Shown here: positions 63,792-64,000 of the stretch, in pieces | Layout of the letters: every line of letters starts with the position of its first letter | Position numbering within the stretch: the first letter of the stretch is position 1 | Assembly (NCBI RefSeq): GCF_963506605.1 | Contig: NC_083277.1 | Location: 56,792,001 to 56,856,000 of the forward strand | Direction of reading: 5' to 3' | DNA length: 64,000 nucleotides | Origin: Zootoca vivipara | Taxonomy: Eukaryota | Notes under the pieces: model-generated | Seen by the model: the letters and a program-made list of their open reading frames with translations, nothing else | Database searches by the model: none | What the model was told of the DNA's origin: nothing | Made by a program: the position numbers and the translations under genes

Positions 63792-64000
63792 AAGGGTAAA
63801 GGGACCCCTGACCATTAGGTCCAGTCATGACCAACTCTGGGGTTGCAGCGCTCATCTCGCGTTTATTGGCCCAGGGAGCCAGCGTACAGCTTCCGGGTCA
63901 TGTGGCCAGCATGACAAAGCCGCTTCTGGCGAACCAGAGCAGCGCACGGAAACACCGTTTACCTTCCCACTGGAGCGGTACCTATTTATCTACTTGCACT
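63792..64000 (-). mobile_element. Sauria SINE (runs off the window end)
   Basis: Same consensus as the other copies. Confidence 0.88.

Noticed and set aside
1-64000. CRISPR arrays, operons or prokaryotic defence systems
   Set aside because: The window is intron-containing vertebrate DNA, and no regularly spaced repeat-spacer array is present.

Overview
Eukaryotic (vertebrate) genomic DNA, most likely a squamate and probably a lacertid lizard, inferred from abundant Sauria-type SINEs and BovB/RTE LINEs. Four spliced genes were rebuilt by hand from GT-AG boundaries and remembered vertebrate protein sequences. BRD8 (minus strand, coding exons 1-4, runs off the left edge) lies head-to-head with NHP2 (plus, 4 exons, 152 aa), with only 248 bp between the start codons. 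RMND5B (minus, 9 coding exons, 391 aa) and N4BP3 (minus, 4 coding exons, 585 aa, probable non-coding first exon at a CpG island near 49.6 kb) follow. An N4BP3 intron holds an intronless, full-length WDR83OS/Asterix retrocopy with an intact ORF. The probable first N4BP3 intron holds a complete 4.9-kb Ty3/Gypsy (Mag-like) LTR retrotransposon with apparently identical 350-bp LTRs and one uninterrupted 1352-aa gag-pol ORF. The rest is repeat-rich: Sauria SINEs, L1/L2/RTE/BovB fragments, and hAT and Tc1/mariner-type MITEs with clear target-site duplications (TSDs). No database search was possible, so all family names come from recalled motifs. I do not see a clearly new biological system. The best candidates for novelty are the young Gypsy element, the WDR83OS retrogene, a 570-bp internally deleted L1-like element, a splice-created uORF in N4BP3, and a possible H/ACA snoRNA inside NHP2.
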